From a bacterium (GTDB lineage Bacteria > Bacteroidota > Ignavibacteria > Kapaibacteriales > Kapaibacteriaceae): a stretch of DNA of 64,000 bases. This document shows, in pieces, positions 1 to 8,197 of this stretch. The position numbers and the translations under genes are program-made. The stretch is taken from NCBI GenBank assembly GCA_036834845.1, contig DAITNB010000003.1, positions 70,385-134,384 of the forward strand, given 5' to 3'. The notes below the pieces were generated by a model that searched no databases, was not told where the DNA came from, and saw only the letters and a program-made list of their open reading frames with translations. Position 1 is the first letter of the stretch, and every line of letters starts with the position of its first letter.

Positions 1-812
1 ACTCTCACTGATGATACCGATTCAATGCCCCCTTTTCCGAGCTTCTGGAGTCTATCGTTGACTATTTCGTGTAGCACGTATTGGTAGATTGGAATGCCTT
101 CCTTCACCGAATCGCGAAGGTAGGTCCACACAACAGATGCTGCTCCATTTTCAACAAGATGTACTAGGATGTCTGCGAGTGAGAGGTCCAACACGCGTCC
201 ATAAATCTTCGCGAAGAGGCGAATCTCTGCATCATCAAAGTCCCAAAGACCGTCCATTTCATCGAGAATAGGAAGCAGGGCCGCTTGCGCTTCCGCAATC
301 ATCCTCTTTTCTCGCACCGATGGAAGTTCTACCTGTGATAAACTCTCCATGAACTTCCGGTCAGCGGCTTCCACGTCAGGATGTTGCAGTAACGTTTGAA
401 TCCGTTGGGCAAGCAATGTCTGTATTGCCTCGGTAATGTCTGGCTCGTCCGATAACAAACCAAGTCCTCCCACTAGGAGCACTGGATCTAACACTGGAAG
501 AAAGAACCCGTGACGCCGCATTGTGTTTCGCATCTGCCGTAGCGTACCAGAAAATCCGTGACGGACAAAATGTTGCTTCAGCGCGTCCAAATCGCTTGCA
601 AGGTCATTCTGCGAACTAGGTAGCAATGGTGCTAGGTGCTCAATTAGCAGAATCTCGGCGCTAGAAGTGATTCTCTCGAGCTCTAGCTCTAGAAAATCAA
701 TACGCTGATCCTTGCTTTGTCCATTTCGCACCATTTCCGACTCTTGGCGCAATATCTCTTGAGCGTGTGCATATCCAAATGGATGTAAGAAGAAAAGACC
801 CTGGTGTTTCAT
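1..812 (-). CDS. hypothetical protein; the C-terminal part runs off the left edge (absent from the ORF track because there is no stop in the window)
   Basis: Hand translation of the minus strand from ATG (812..810) is open for about 270 codons down to position 1 (MKHQGLFFLHPFGYAHAQEILRQESEMVRNGQSKDQRIDFLELELER...). Its ATG overlaps the integrase stop as ATGA (809..812). No motif recognised. Confidence 0.6.
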   Translation of the reverse strand, partial: MKHQGLFFLHPFGYAHAQEILRQESEMVRNGQSKDQRIDFLELELERITSSAEILLIEHLAPLLPSSQNDLASDLDALKQHFVRHGFSGTLRQMRNTMRRHGFFLPVLDPVLLVGGLGLLSDEPDITEAIQTLLAQRIQTLLQHPDVEAADRKFMESLSQVELPSVREKRMIAEAQAALLPILDEMDGLWDFDDAEIRLFAKIYGRVLDLSLADILVHLVENGAASVVWTYLRDSVKEGIPIYQYVLHEIVNDRLQKLGKGGIESVSSVR

Positions 813-2074
813 AACCTCTCCCATGCAGATACAACGAGATCTCTGATTGCTTCTTCATCCAACTTGATGTAGTGGTTTTGTAGCATGCCTTTGCGTGAAT
901 GGCCTATAACCATGCCGATAACAGACTCCGGAACGCCGAAACGTACAGATAGTGTGGCAAAACTTCTGCGTGCCACATGTGTGGTTAGGAGTTCGTACTT
1001 CTTATGAGTGTCTTCCACAAGACGGCCCTGCACGTATCGCTCTGTAGTGACTTCCTGTGTCATGCCTACACGTTGGCCGAGTTCCTTGAGGTAGAGATTT
1101 TGCTTCACCCCAGAAGGTAACTCGAATAGTCGTGATGGATAACGCTCTAGCAAAACACGCAAGGGTCCGGTCAAGGGTATAATGCACTTCGTGTTTGTCT
1201 TCTCGGTTGTAAAGCGGATCACTCCCATCGCGTCATCAAAGTGTCTTGGCTCCAGCCGCTGAAGGTCACCATAACGCATGCCCGTATAACACTGGAGCAG
1301 AAAATGGTCTCGCACCCTAGCCATGCGTGGCACGTCAGAAAGATCGTGATCACGGATGGACCGCAACTCGTCAAGTGTCAAGGCAACTGTCTCGCTAGTT
1401 CGCTTGTCTCGATAGAACTGCTCGTAAGCGCTGTTAGAATGATACCCTTTGATCTTTGCCCATCGTAGGAAGGTCTTAACTGTCTTGATGTAATTTGACA
1501 CGGTGGCATCACTCACGTTTCGCGTAGTTGACAGCCAAGACGAAAAATCGAGATAGAACTCGATGTTCATGTCTTCGTAGGTAAGGGGACGATGCGTAGC
1601 AGTGCTCCACTCGGAGAGCGTACCAAGCACATGGCGATACCGCTGTAGTGTTTCAGTACCGGGTCTTTTGGTTGTGATGAGTCCATGTGATGAGCGAATG
1701 GTATACGAAGAAATGAACTCCTCGAACCTACTCTCAAAAGAAGAGGCAGGGGTGGTATGCTTCTCAGGGTCAATGGCGGAGTGTATTCGTGCCCGGAACT
1801 CGGCGATGCTTTGGGAAAGTAACCCCCTAGATGTGGAGTCGAAGTTCACGGTGTTGTACAACTGAAGAACCTCGTTCCGTATTTGGTTGAGTCGGCGGAG
1901 GTTCGCATTCCGTTGTGGGTCGGTTGCTCGTGGCTCTTGCTTCTGGTTGTTCCAATGCCGTGGCTCCATTGAGATTCGCGTTCCGAATCGGAGTCTCTTG
2001 CCGAACAGTGAACAGTTTAGCATCACGGCCGAAATCGGCGCTGATGGCTTGTCGATGTAAAACGAGATACGCAT
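809..2074 (-). CDS. tyrosine recombinase / site-specific integrase (Bacteroidota-style, with N-terminal arm-binding-type region)
   Basis: 421-aa ORF. The C-terminal catalytic signature is THVARRSFAT...MVIGHSRKGMLQNHY (R, HxxR, H, Y pattern). It lies 199 nt beyond the 3' end of tRNA-Arg. Confidence 0.85.
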   Translation of the reverse strand: MRISFYIDKPSAPISAVMLNCSLFGKRLRFGTRISMEPRHWNNQKQEPRATDPQRNANLRRLNQIRNEVLQLYNTVNFDSTSRGLLSQSIAEFRARIHSAIDPEKHTTPASSFESRFEEFISSYTIRSSHGLITTKRPGTETLQRYRHVLGTLSEWSTATHRPLTYEDMNIEFYLDFSSWLSTTRNVSDATVSNYIKTVKTFLRWAKIKGYHSNSAYEQFYRDKRTSETVALTLDELRSIRDHDLSDVPRMARVRDHFLLQCYTGMRYGDLQRLEPRHFDDAMGVIRFTTEKTNTKCIIPLTGPLRVLLERYPSRLFELPSGVKQNLYLKELGQRVGMTQEVTTERYVQGRLVEDTHKKYELLTTHVARRSFATLSVRFGVPESVIGMVIGHSRKGMLQNHYIKLDEEAIRDLVVSAWERL

Positions 2075-2090
2075 GCTCTAAGCAACAACT

Positions 2091-2146
2091 GTCAGTAAAA
2101 GAAAAAAGGTCAGTAGGCTATTAAGCCTACTGACCAATTTACTGAC
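2091..2146. promoter_or_regulatory. four copies of the heptamer GTCAGTA/TACTGAC immediately upstream of the integrase start
   Basis: GTCAGTA at 2091..2097 and 2109..2115; TACTGAC at 2128..2134 and 2140..2146. The inner pair forms the terminator stem. Confidence 0.35.
2097..2135 (-). terminator. intrinsic terminator (minus strand) downstream of tRNA-Arg/rpsT
   Basis: Perfect 12-bp stem ggtcagtaggct / agcctactgacc (2108..2135) with a 4-nt loop. On the minus strand it is followed by TTTTTTCTTTT (2107..2097). Confidence 0.6.
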
Positions 2147-2234
2147 ATTTTCGTGTTACTGCAGGGTACCTGAGGTTACACCGTTCCAGCACCGGTGAGC
2201 TCGTAACTATCTAGAAACCAACATGTTCCGTCAA

Positions 2235-2264
2235 TGGTTGTATCTGGTTGTATTCTGCTGTATC
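2235..2264. repeat. three tandem 10-bp repeats abutting the tRNA-Arg 3' end (candidate recombinase binding sites)
   Basis: TGGTTGTATC (2235..2244), TGGTTGTATT (2245..2254) and CTGCTGTATC (2255..2264). They end 8 nt before the tRNA 3' end at 2273. Confidence 0.5.
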
Positions 2265-2272
2265 ACGTCTTG

Positions 2273-2346
2273 CGGACCCGTAGGGATTCGAACCCCAAAC
2301 CTTCTGATCCGTAGTCAGATGCTCTATCCAGTTGAGCTACGGGTCC
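2273..2346 (-). tRNA. tRNA-Arg (anticodon ACG)
   Basis: The reverse complement folds as a cloverleaf: acceptor GGACCCG/CGGGTCC, D arm GCTC..GAGC, anticodon stem TCTGA/TCAGA with loop CTACGGA, and T arm TGGGG-TTCGAAT-CCCTA. CCA is not encoded. Confidence 0.9.
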
Positions 2347-2360
2347 GTGTATGCGATGAA

Positions 2361-2621
2361 TTATTTCGCTTCGAGCTTGCGGACGGCCTTCGACAGGCGA
2401 CTCTTCTTGTTTGCAGCGTTGTTCTTCTTGATGATGCCACGCGATGCAACACGGTCGAGAATGCTAAATGCTTTCTTCAGCGCCTCTTGCGCTACATCGA
2501 ATGTTGTTGCCGTACGTACGGCCTTGATTGCTTCTCTCAACTGCTTCTTATTGCCACGGTTGTAAATCTTACGTTTGCGTGACGAACGGATGCGCTTGAT
2601 TGCTGACTTATGATGTGCCAT
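2361..2621 (-). CDS. rpsT: 30S ribosomal protein S20
   Basis: MAHHKSAIKRIRSSRKRKIYNRGNKKQLREAIK... is the typical S20 N-terminus. I use the internal ATG at 2621 rather than the ORF-track start at 2708. Confidence 0.9.
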   Translation of the reverse strand: MAHHKSAIKRIRSSRKRKIYNRGNKKQLREAIKAVRTATTFDVAQEALKKAFSILDRVASRGIIKKNNAANKKSRLSKAVRKLEAK

Positions 2622-2658
2622 GAATCGTTCTTCGGGGTCGATGGTAAAGACAGGGCCA

Positions 2659-2689
2659 CAAAGATAGGGAAAACCCGCATTTTCACAAA
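2659..2689 (-). promoter_or_regulatory. Bacteroidota-type promoter for rpsT (-33 TTTG, 19-nt spacer, -7 TATCTTTG)
   Basis: The minus strand reads TTTG (2689..2686), then 19 nt, then TATCTTTG (2666..2659). This lies about 38 nt upstream of the rpsT ATG. Confidence 0.4.
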
Positions 2690-2730
2690 TGTGGACATAA
2701 AACAACAAGCGGGTACGGTAAATTGGGGTG

Positions 2731-3648
2731 ATGACGCTGTTCGATCAGTTAGGTCTCCTGCAAACCGAGGGCATTAATCCCAATACGGTGGAGATAGATG
2801 CTGCCTCCACTCTGGGCGTGGTTCGGCTGCTGCATAATGAAGATGTGGCAGTGGCCGCAGCCGTTGGTCTCGTGCTTCAGGATATTGCTCTGGCAGTTGA
2901 TGTGGTTGCGGCTGCTTTAGCAGGGGGTGGCAGGTTGATATATGTAGGAGCGGGCACATCTGGACGATTGGGCATCTTAGATGCGTCTGAAATGCCCCCT
3001 ACGTATGGCACGCATCCCGATGTTGTACAAGGAGTTATCGCCGGTGGACGTGATGCAGTTTTCCGCTCCGTAGAGGGAGCCGAGGATTCTGCCCACGCTG
3101 GGGCGGAGGCAGTTTCGGCGCTTGTAATTACCCAAGCAGACGTGGTTTGCGGAATAACGGCTTCCGGACGCACCCCTTTTGTTCTTGGTGCCCTCGAACA
3201 GGCAAAAACTGCCGGAGCCAAAACTATTCTGGTGAGCACGAATACCAGGGACGTGGTGGAAATGTTCTGCAAGAGCGCAGACATCTATATATGTCCGGTT
3301 GTTGGACCCGAACCAATCTCCGGTAGTACCAGAATGAAATCGGGCACTGCTCAAAAAATGGTGCTCAATATGATTTCCACCGCGGCCATGGTGCGTATGG
3401 GCAAAACATACGGCAATGTGATGGTGGATCTGCAAACATCGAATGAAAAACTCCGCGAACGCGCAAAACGCATCGTAATGTCTATTGGCTCTGTGTCCTA
3501 TGAAGAAGCATCCGCTATTCTTCGTAGTGCCGGTGGAAACGTGAAATGCTCCATCATCATGGCAAAACGACGATGTTCGTTCGAAGAAGCTCGGAGCCTT
3601 TTGGAGGCGGCAGGGGGCTTTGTACGATCTGCACTTGAGAACAACTAA
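2731..3648 (+). CDS. murQ: N-acetylmuramic acid 6-phosphate etherase (SIS domain)
   Basis: GGRLIYVGAGTSGRLGILDASEMPPTYG is the MurQ signature block. Length is about 305 aa. A GTG at 2728 is an alternative start. Confidence 0.85.
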   Translation: MTLFDQLGLLQTEGINPNTVEIDAASTLGVVRLLHNEDVAVAAAVGLVLQDIALAVDVVAAALAGGGRLIYVGAGTSGRLGILDASEMPPTYGTHPDVVQGVIAGGRDAVFRSVEGAEDSAHAGAEAVSALVITQADVVCGITASGRTPFVLGALEQAKTAGAKTILVSTNTRDVVEMFCKSADIYICPVVGPEPISGSTRMKSGTAQKMVLNMISTAAMVRMGKTYGNVMVDLQTSNEKLRERAKRIVMSIGSVSYEEASAILRSAGGNVKCSIIMAKRRCSFEEARSLLEAAGGFVRSALENN

Positions 3649-3696
3649 CTTCTTTGCCGTCTTCCGAAACTATTCCCCCACGTATTTCAAAGCACC

Positions 3697-4326
3697 GTGT
3701 CTGAACTCATCTCGTTTATCCTTCACATTGACGTGCACCTTGCGGCTATTACCACGGCGTATGGACTATGGACGTATGCCATTCTGTTTCTGATTGTGTT
3801 TGCCGAAACCGGTTTAGTGATAACTCCGTTTTTACCCGGCGACTCGCTGCTTTTTGCTGCGGGAGCTATTGCTGCCTTGGGCGGCATTAACATCTGGGTG
3901 TTGATGGGACTTCTTATTGTGGCCGCAATACTCGGAGATGGTGTGAACTACACTATCGGAAGCAAGCTGGGAACACGGATCTTCTTCAGCTCAACATCGA
4001 AGTTCTTCAATCGCAAGCACCTCGATCGGACACACGAATTTTACGAGCGCCATGGCGGTAAAACCATTATCCTTGCTCGGTTTATGCCGATTATCCGCAC
4101 CTTTGCCCCCTTCGTAGCAGGTATTGGCAAAATGGGCTACTCTCAGTTTGTGGCGTATAACATCATCGGTGCATTTGTGTGGGTTTTGTCCTTCTGTTCC
4201 CTCGGCTACCTGTTCGGCAACCAGCCGATTATCAAACAGAATTTTTCTCTCGTGATACTGGCCATCATAATAATAAGTGTGCTGCCGGCAGTATGGGAAC
4301 TACTCCGTGCACGCAGAGAGTTGTAA
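3697..4326 (+). CDS. DedA family inner-membrane protein
   Basis: [21 protein letters not shown] motif, multiple TM segments, 209 aa. Confidence 0.8.
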   Translation: MSELISFILHIDVHLAAITTAYGLWTYAILFLIVFAETGLVITPFLPGDSLLFAAGAIAALGGINIWVLMGLLIVAAILGDGVNYTIGSKLGTRIFFSSTSKFFNRKHLDRTHEFYERHGGKTIILARFMPIIRTFAPFVAGIGKMGYSQFVAYNIIGAFVWVLSFCSLGYLFGNQPIIKQNFSLVILAIIIISVLPAVWELLRARREL

Positions 4327-4337
4327 ATTAGTGGTCT

Positions 4338-4423
4338 GCTTGGATGGCGAAATTGGCAGACGCACGAGACTTAAAATCTCGGGTCCCGTAAGGGGCGTGC
4401 GGGTTCAAGCCCCGCTCCAAGCA
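4338..4423 (+). tRNA. tRNA-Leu (anticodon TAA), long variable arm
   Basis: Acceptor GCTTGGA/TCCAAGC, anticodon stem CGAGA/TCTCG with loop CTTAAAA, long variable arm, and T arm GCGGG-TTCAAGC-CCCGC. Confidence 0.9.
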
Positions 4424-4449
4424 CACATATCGACAGGTGAATTTTGACT

Positions 4450-7400
4450 ATGAGCGTTGTTCGATTGCCCTTTATAGGCGCGATTGTATTGGTTGTTGTT
4501 GCGGCCGTGCTCCCTACAAGCGCGCAGCCCTTGTTCCAACGATTCAAGGCCGAGGAAACCGGCATTGACTTTCGTCACAGGGCAGATGCGTTAAAAGTAT
4601 CGAAAGACTCCCTTGGAAAAATCAACGCCATGGTACCCGGGTGCGGCGTGGCAATTGGAGACATAACTGGAGATGGTAAGCCGGATTTAGTCTTCTCGAG
4701 CTTTTCGGACGTTGGCTTTTTCCGAAATGATGGAGACTGGAAGTTCACGGATATCACAGCCACAACGGGCTATCCGTCAGACTCGCTTCAGTTTAGCACT
4801 GGCGTTAACCTAGTAGACATAGATGCCGATGGAGACCTAGATGTATTTGTTGCGCGATGGCAAAATACCTGTCGGCTGTTAATTAACGACGGAACAGGAA
4901 AGTTTACTGAGCAAGCTGCGAAGTATGGTCTCGACTTTTTAGACGAAACAGTGCATAGCGCATTCTTCGACTACGATAAGGATGGTTTGTTAGACTGTTA
5001 CCTCGTTATCTATTCAAACTTCTACTCCTTGGCTATGACGAATCGTCAGAACGACAGCTTGTACGGCAAACAGTCCGAGGAACGTCAGAGGTCGGGCTTA
5101 GCCATTCCAAAGTATCGTGCGCCTGGCGAGTCTGAGCGAAGCGATCAACTTCAGCGATTGAACGAAATTTCGCCAACAGAGCTGCGCCATGCGGGTCATA
5201 CCGACAAGATGTATCGCAATCAAGGAGATGGCACGTTCAAGGATGTGTCGTATGAAGCGTGGATGTTGGATAAAGGTATGGGTCTGTCAGCCACGGTTGG
5301 AGACATTAATCTCGACGGGTGGCCTGATCTTTATGTGGCGAATGACTTTAATTCAACGGACCTGATTTACATTAATAACGGCGATGGAACATTCGCCGAA
5401 AAAATGATGAAGATGACGCGCCGTGCTTCTGTGTTTAGCATGGGTAGCGACATTGCAGACCTCACTGGTAACGGCCTGCCAGACATAGTTACCACAGACA
5501 TGTTGCCCGGCAATCACTTCCGTAGAATTCTTAACTCCGGCAACAACGGAGACATGTCCATCTTTAATCCTACATACGATTCGAACCAAGTATCTCGGAA
5601 CATGGTTCAGATAAATCGTGGACTCGATTTGTTCTCGGATGTTGGATACCTCACCGGCATGGCCGCTACAGATTGGAGTTGGGCCTGCCTTATTCAGGAC
5701 TTCGATCTCGATGGTTTACCCGATGTGTTTATCGGCAATGGATATGCCTCGGACATCTCGAACCAAGACTACATTTACAATATTCAGGCACGGCAGTTGG
5801 GCATTTTGCCGCGCATGGGTTACCTAACCGAACCTAACTGCATGTATCGGCAACGTGGTTATCTCGACTTCGAAGACGTTGCGAAAGAATGGGGTCTGGC
5901 CGAAGAAAGTTCTACCTTCGGTGCCGCCTACGGAGATATCGATGGCGATGGTGATTTAGATCTGGTTGTGGCTAACCTCGATACCATTCCATGGGTGTAT
6001 CGCAACATGGCAAAGGAGAGAGGCAAAGGCGCTTCGTTGTCCATTACCTTTACTGGCTCTGGTGGCAATACCCAGGGATTAGGGGCAAAGGTTCGTGTGG
6101 TTGCCGCGGGCAGATCGTATTACCGAGAGCACTATCCGGTGCGTGGCTACCAGTCCTGTATGGATCACAAAATGGTAGTTGGCTTGGCCAATGCAACAGT
6201 TGTAGACTCGGTAATCGTTGAGTGGCCCGATGGTCCGGTACAAGTCCTAACGGATATACCGGTAAATACCACCGTTGCGCTGAATAGAGCAAACGCCGAA
6301 ACAACAACCATCTCTCCATTCCGCATACCGAAAATCGAAAAGCCCCTTTTCACCGAGACAACACGATATAGTGGCCTGAATTTTTATCACATTGAGAACT
6401 TCTTCGACGACTTCAAGCGCTATCGTCTTGCGCCCACTCGCGTGTCTTGGGGCGGCCCCGCAGTGGCTGTAGGCGATGTTAATGGCGACGGATTAGACGA
6501 CGTATTCTTCGGTGATGGAAAGGGCCGCAGCATTGCAACATTTGTGCAGAAAACTCCTGGCACATTTGCACGCATGAATGTTGGCCTCGACGGCGCGGAT
6601 ACTACCTACGAAACACAAGCAATGGTGCTGATAGACGTGGATGGAGACGGTGATAGAGATCTTGTTGTGGCAGGGGGCGGCCCAGAGTTTATGGAAGATG
6701 AACGCGAGCGTGGACTCCGCGTCTATCTCAATAACGGTAAAGGTCAGTTCACGCGTACAACAGAGGGTGTTCCAACAATCTCCACGAATGCAACAACAAT
6801 TAACGCGTGCGACTACGATAACGATGGTGATCTCGACATCTTTGTTGGTGGCGGTGTTGCAACAGACAAATACCCCATGCCCGCCAGATCCTACCTACTC
6901 CGCAATGATGGCAAAGGCACATTTACCGATGTAACAGCATCGGTACTTCCAGGCATTGCAGAAATTGGTATTGTGCGCTCGGCGCTGTGGTCGGATGTAG
7001 ACAACGATGGTAGATTCGACTTGCTTGTCTGCGGAGAATGGATGCCCATTACCGTTTTTAAGAACGAAAAGGCAGGATTTCGGGACGTAACCGAATCCCT
7101 TGGATTAGCTTCCACTACGGGCTGGTGGTATAGCATACAGGGTGCAGACATTGATAACGATGGAGATATAGATTACATCGCTGGTAACCTTGGCCTTAAC
7201 TCGCGCTACCAACCTACACAAGATAAGCCCATCGAAATTTGGGCGGCCGATTTTGATGACAATGGAAGCATCGACCCGCTTGTTACCATTTGGTTCGAAG
7301 GGAAACGTCACCTCGTTCGCGACCGTGGCAAAATCTTCTCACAAATGCCAACATTGAATAGGCGCTTTAATGAGTTTGTTGAGTTTGCCACAGCAACAAT

Positions 7401-8046
7401 TGACAAAGTGGTAGACCAAGAGCAGCTCGACACGGCATATTACCGCAATGCAAAGTTGATGGCATCGGTTGTGCTTATCAACGAAGGTGGGGCAAAGTTT
7501 ACTGTAAAGCCATTGCCCAAGGATGCTCAGATTTCGCCCATAAAGGGAATCGAGGCCATCGATTTAAACGAAGATGATTTAGTGGATCTTATCGTAGTTG
7601 GCAACGAGTATGGCGCCGAAGACGACGTTGTACGCTACGACGCCGGTAAGGGCCTTGTTCTCATAAATCAAGGGTCGGGCGAATTCCGTTCACTACCCCT
7701 TGCGGAGACGGGATTTATCTCCCAGTACGATGCTAGGGGGCTTGTTTCTGTGCGAAATCCAGGGTCAGATTCTAATTCGATTGTCTTGATCAGCGCCGTA
7801 AACCAAAGAGCGGCAACAACTTACGCACCAAAAGGCGTTGCATTGCGCGTTCAAAAAATCGACCCTCGCAAAGTAACATCTGCCTTGTTCACGGTTTCTA
7901 GCGGCAAAAGGAAGGTAGAAGTCTACTGCGGGTCGGCCTATCGCAGCCAAACGAGCTGTAACATGGTTGTTCCGCCGGGTGCAACAGCCATGTCTACCTC
8001 GCACTCAGGAAAGAATTCAGGGACAATTCAACTACGGAAACCTTAA
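4450..8046 (+). CDS. secreted FG-GAP/VCBS-repeat protein with UnbV/ASPIC-type domains (CRTAC1-like), two-fold internal duplication
   Basis: Signal peptide ...VVAAVLPTSAQ. Many DxDGDGxxD(L/I) FG-GAP repeats. ASPIC-like block GLGAKVRVVAAGRSYYREHYPVRGYQSCMDHKMVVGL. The ORF-track TTG at 4444 is an alternative start. Confidence 0.8.
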   Translation: MSVVRLPFIGAIVLVVVAAVLPTSAQPLFQRFKAEETGIDFRHRADALKVSKDSLGKINAMVPGCGVAIGDITGDGKPDLVFSSFSDVGFFRNDGDWKFTDITATTGYPSDSLQFSTGVNLVDIDADGDLDVFVARWQNTCRLLINDGTGKFTEQAAKYGLDFLDETVHSAFFDYDKDGLLDCYLVIYSNFYSLAMTNRQNDSLYGKQSEERQRSGLAIPKYRAPGESERSDQLQRLNEISPTELRHAGHTDKMYRNQGDGTFKDVSYEAWMLDKGMGLSATVGDINLDGWPDLYVANDFNSTDLIYINNGDGTFAEKMMKMTRRASVFSMGSDIADLTGNGLPDIVTTDMLPGNHFRRILNSGNNGDMSIFNPTYDSNQVSRNMVQINRGLDLFSDVGYLTGMAATDWSWACLIQDFDLDGLPDVFIGNGYASDISNQDYIYNIQARQLGILPRMGYLTEPNCMYRQRGYLDFEDVAKEWGLAEESSTFGAAYGDIDGDGDLDLVVANLDTIPWVYRNMAKERGKGASLSITFTGSGGNTQGLGAKVRVVAAGRSYYREHYPVRGYQSCMDHKMVVGLANATVVDSVIVEWPDGPVQVLTDIPVNTTVALNRANAETTTISPFRIPKIEKPLFTETTRYSGLNFYHIENFFDDFKRYRLAPTRVSWGGPAVAVGDVNGDGLDDVFFGDGKGRSIATFVQKTPGTFARMNVGLDGADTTYETQAMVLIDVDGDGDRDLVVAGGGPEFMEDERERGLRVYLNNGKGQFTRTTEGVPTISTNATTINACDYDNDGDLDIFVGGGVATDKYPMPARSYLLRNDGKGTFTDVTASVLPGIAEIGIVRSALWSDVDNDGRFDLLVCGEWMPITVFKNEKAGFRDVTESLGLASTTGWWYSIQGADIDNDGDIDYIAGNLGLNSRYQPTQDKPIEIWAADFDDNGSIDPLVTIWFEGKRHLVRDRGKIFSQMPTLNRRFNEFVEFATATIDKVVDQEQLDTAYYRNAKLMASVVLINEGGAKFTVKPLPKDAQISPIKGIEAIDLNEDDLVDLIVVGNEYGAEDDVVRYDAGKGLVLINQGSGEFRSLPLAETGFISQYDARGLVSVRNPGSDSNSIVLISAVNQRAATTYAPKGVALRVQKIDPRKVTSALFTVSSGKRKVEVYCGSAYRSQTSCNMVVPPGATAMSTSHSGKNSGTIQLRKP

Positions 8047-8197
8047 CTCCTTGGAGAATGTTCTTTGTTCACAATGGTGTTTGTGTATATTTTACATCCT
8101 GGTCTGCAATCAATGTAGGCCAGGGAGTGGTGTCCGCAAACACTCGTAACCTCGAAACAAACTGCACGTTCAAGTTCAATTAATTGGTGGAACACCT

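Larger units (their letters stand above)
1..2272. mobile_element. right-hand end of an integrative element inserted at the 3' end of tRNA-Arg; the rest is off-window
   Basis: The integrase gene directly faces the tRNA 3' end, which is the classic island/att arrangement. The second att copy is not in the window, so the extent is unverified. Confidence 0.5.

Noticed and set aside
89-271. A 60-aa plus-strand ORF at the left edge.
   Set aside because: It lies antisense within the uninterrupted minus-strand frame of about 270 codons that is coupled to the integrase.
2223-2582. A 119-aa plus-strand ORF (and 2332..2565).
   Set aside because: It overlaps tRNA-Arg and lies antisense to rpsT, so it is not credible as coding.
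8047-8197. A possible ncRNA or regulatory element in the 151-nt spacer before the 1808-aa gene.
   Set aside because: There is only an imperfect TATATTTT box and no convincing conserved structure or hairpin, so the evidence is insufficient.
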